A DNA stretch of 49,205 nucleotides, from NCBI GenBank assembly GCA_903877885.1, contig CAIRFN010000003.1, positions 1-49,205 on the forward strand. Direction: 5' to 3'. Source of the DNA: an uncultured Candidatus Berkelbacteria bacterium (GTDB lineage: Bacteria; Patescibacteriota; UBA1384; UBA12157). The translations under genes and the position numbers were made by a program. Below, piece by piece: positions 47,575 to 49,205 of this stretch. The notes under the pieces were generated by a model that made no database searches, was not told the origin of the DNA, and was given only the letters and a program-made list of their open reading frames with translations. Each line of letters starts with the position of its first letter. The first letter of the stretch is position 1.

Positions 47575-48527
47575 TATTTCTTTCCTTCAGGTTTTTCCAT
47601 TACCACATATAAAGCTTGGCTTTTAAATAAAGGCCAAGTTTTTTTGCCGATTAGCTTAAACAAACCGAAAACTAGATTAAAGAAAATTGATAAAATAAGA
47701 TGACTCGAACGATTCAAAAATCGTCCCCAGGCAGAATCTCGTTTGAATTTATAGTTGACCCAGTGAACAAAGTAATAATAACTGTCGCGGTCAATTAACG
47801 GTTCATAGACAATTCTCTTAATTCTTAAACCCATTTTTTCGGCCAAAACTTCGAAAGTTTTTTTTCGCCAGTGAGTCGCATGATGAGGTGGCATATTACT
47901 GACACAAGGGTTAATAAAATGAATTGGTCCGTCTTGATTTGGAACGGAAATACAAATTTTACCTCCAGGTTTAACCAAAGAAATAGCTAGCTTTAAAAAT
48001 GCCGCTGGATTATCAACATGCTCAAGAACATGAAAAGAGAAAACTGAATTAAATTCATTCTTAAAAGATTTCAATTCTCGATCATTGATAATTTTGATCC
48101 CTTTTTTAGTCGCGTCTCTAGCCGCTTCCTGGTTACACTCTGTTCCAAATAAATTGGATGTCAAAGGCTTTAAACTGGTTAAAAAACCACCCGGACCACA
48201 GCCAAGATCCATAACTTGATCGCCAGATGTCACATCATTTACAGCTTCGTGAAAATCCCACTTATCATCCTCGTAATAAAAGGCTTTTTCATTCTGTTGA
48301 AGTTCTTCGTAAAAACTACCAGTTCCAATAATTTGGGGTAAAAATATTTCTAATTCACAATTCGGACAAATAAATAACTGTGTTTTTAAACTTTTTTTCT
48401 TATGCACATTAATGATTTTTTGAGAAAATTTAACTGGTTTCCAAAGTTTAAAAAGTTCTTCGGTCGAATAAGAACGATTTTTTTTAACCAAGGTTTTTTG
48501 ACAAATTGGGCAGACATTTTTTAACAT
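47574..48527 (-). CDS. Class I SAM-dependent methyltransferase with N-terminal Cys motif (Methyltransf_23-like)
   Basis: CPIC...CPNC, VMDLGCGPGGFL, FHVLEHVDNP, LVKPGG, ISVPN, NMPPHH. Confidence 0.87.
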   Translation of the reverse strand: MLKNVCPICQKTLVKKNRSYSTEELFKLWKPVKFSQKIINVHKKKSLKTQLFICPNCELEIFLPQIIGTGSFYEELQQNEKAFYYEDDKWDFHEAVNDVTSGDQVMDLGCGPGGFLTSLKPLTSNLFGTECNQEAARDATKKGIKIINDRELKSFKNEFNSVFSFHVLEHVDNPAAFLKLAISLVKPGGKICISVPNQDGPIHFINPCVSNMPPHHATHWRKKTFEVLAEKMGLRIKRIVYEPLIDRDSYYYFVHWVNYKFKRDSAWGRFLNRSSHLILSIFFNLVFGLFKLIGKKTWPLFKSQALYVVMEKPEGKK

Positions 48528-49204
48528 ATTTTAAACCTTTTAAATAGCTTTAGCCTAACAATATCGATTGCTGTTGAGTAGACATAAATAATAATCACAG
48601 AAAAAATCAAATGTAAGAAAAATAAAGGACTAAACCAATAACGATCAGCGCGTAATATCTTTAAGTAAATAAATTGACCAATAAACGGATTAGTATGAAT
48701 CAGATAAACGCCGAATACAAAACCAGCCAAATAGTTAATAATTTTTGATTGAAATTGCAATTTGGAGAAAAATAAGAACAGGCAGACCGACGCCATCATC
48801 GTAAAAATAAAGTTATAACTCCAAACATTAGCCGCACCGATAAAACTGGGATTAAGAGAAAAAGCAAAAATAATTAAACAAAATATAAAATAACCTGATA
48901 GATAAAATTTAGCCGTGTATTCAGCCTGATAATATTTTTTGATATAAGCACCGATAGAGTAAAGCATGACAAAAGTGATAATGCCATAACCCTTATCAGT
49001 ATTGGCAGCGTAAGGCAAAAAAGATGGCCAAACTGAAAAAAGCAATATCATAATTAGAAATAAAATTCGATAACTTTTCTCATCTAGTCCATTTAAACCA
49101 ACATTAATAAAAGGTGATAAAAGATACAAAATCAAATAAATCTTTACAAACCAATACTGATCAAATAAAAATGGCAATACAGCCTTAGCTGTTCCAGATA
49201 AATT
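48521..49204 (-). CDS. Acyltransferase family 3 membrane protein, 5'-truncated by the window edge
   Basis: YWFVKIYLILYLLSPFIN, FGVYLIH motifs; multiple TM helices; frame stays open from 49177 to the window end. Confidence 0.82.
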   Translation of the reverse strand, partial: NLSGTAKAVLPFLFDQYWFVKIYLILYLLSPFINVGLNGLDEKSYRILFLIMILLFSVWPSFLPYAANTDKGYGIITFVMLYSIGAYIKKYYQAEYTAKFYLSGYFIFCLIIFAFSLNPSFIGAANVWSYNFIFTMMASVCLFLFFSKLQFQSKIINYLAGFVFGVYLIHTNPFIGQFIYLKILRADRYWFSPLFFLHLIFSVIIIYVYSTAIDIVRLKLFKRFKIC

Positions 49205-49205
49205 G

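Overview
Two sharply different blocks. (1) About 1-7850: a compact, phage-gene-free, probably integrative element. It carries a large serine recombinase, a small coupled ORF, a replication-relaxation-like protein and a complete diversity-generating retroelement (DGR), followed by an XRE/Cro-type HTH gene and a strong terminator. The DGR has two paralogous target genes whose C-terminal variable repeats (VR1 4015-4141, VR2 5181-5307) differ from one template repeat (TR 5722-5848) at 22 and 20 positions, all of them TR adenines. An Avd-like gene is inverted and head-to-head with the reverse transcriptase (RT). The most striking feature is that the RT reading frame is broken inside a cassette made of a perfect hairpin, a (GA)16G tract and a second perfect hairpin, with complementary loops. 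One extra GA unit, two fewer, or a -2 slip restores a ~377-aa RT, so this is a candidate ON/OFF switch or recoding signal for hypermutation. An assembly error has to be excluded with reads. (2) About 7930-49205: an AT-rich cell-surface glycan locus of about 41 kb, mostly one minus-strand run. It encodes many GT2/GT4 enzymes, five large polytopic GT-C-like membrane proteins in two paralogous sets, an L-QuiNAc/L-FucNAc-type sugar pathway, a WbuXYZ-like amidino-transfer trio, and AsnB, methyl-, acyl- and deacetylase tailoring enzymes. The gene families suggest a Patescibacteria/CPR-like host; this is inference, as the window has no marker gene. No rRNA, tRNA or CRISPR array was found. All protein family calls are from motif recognition by eye, with no database search.
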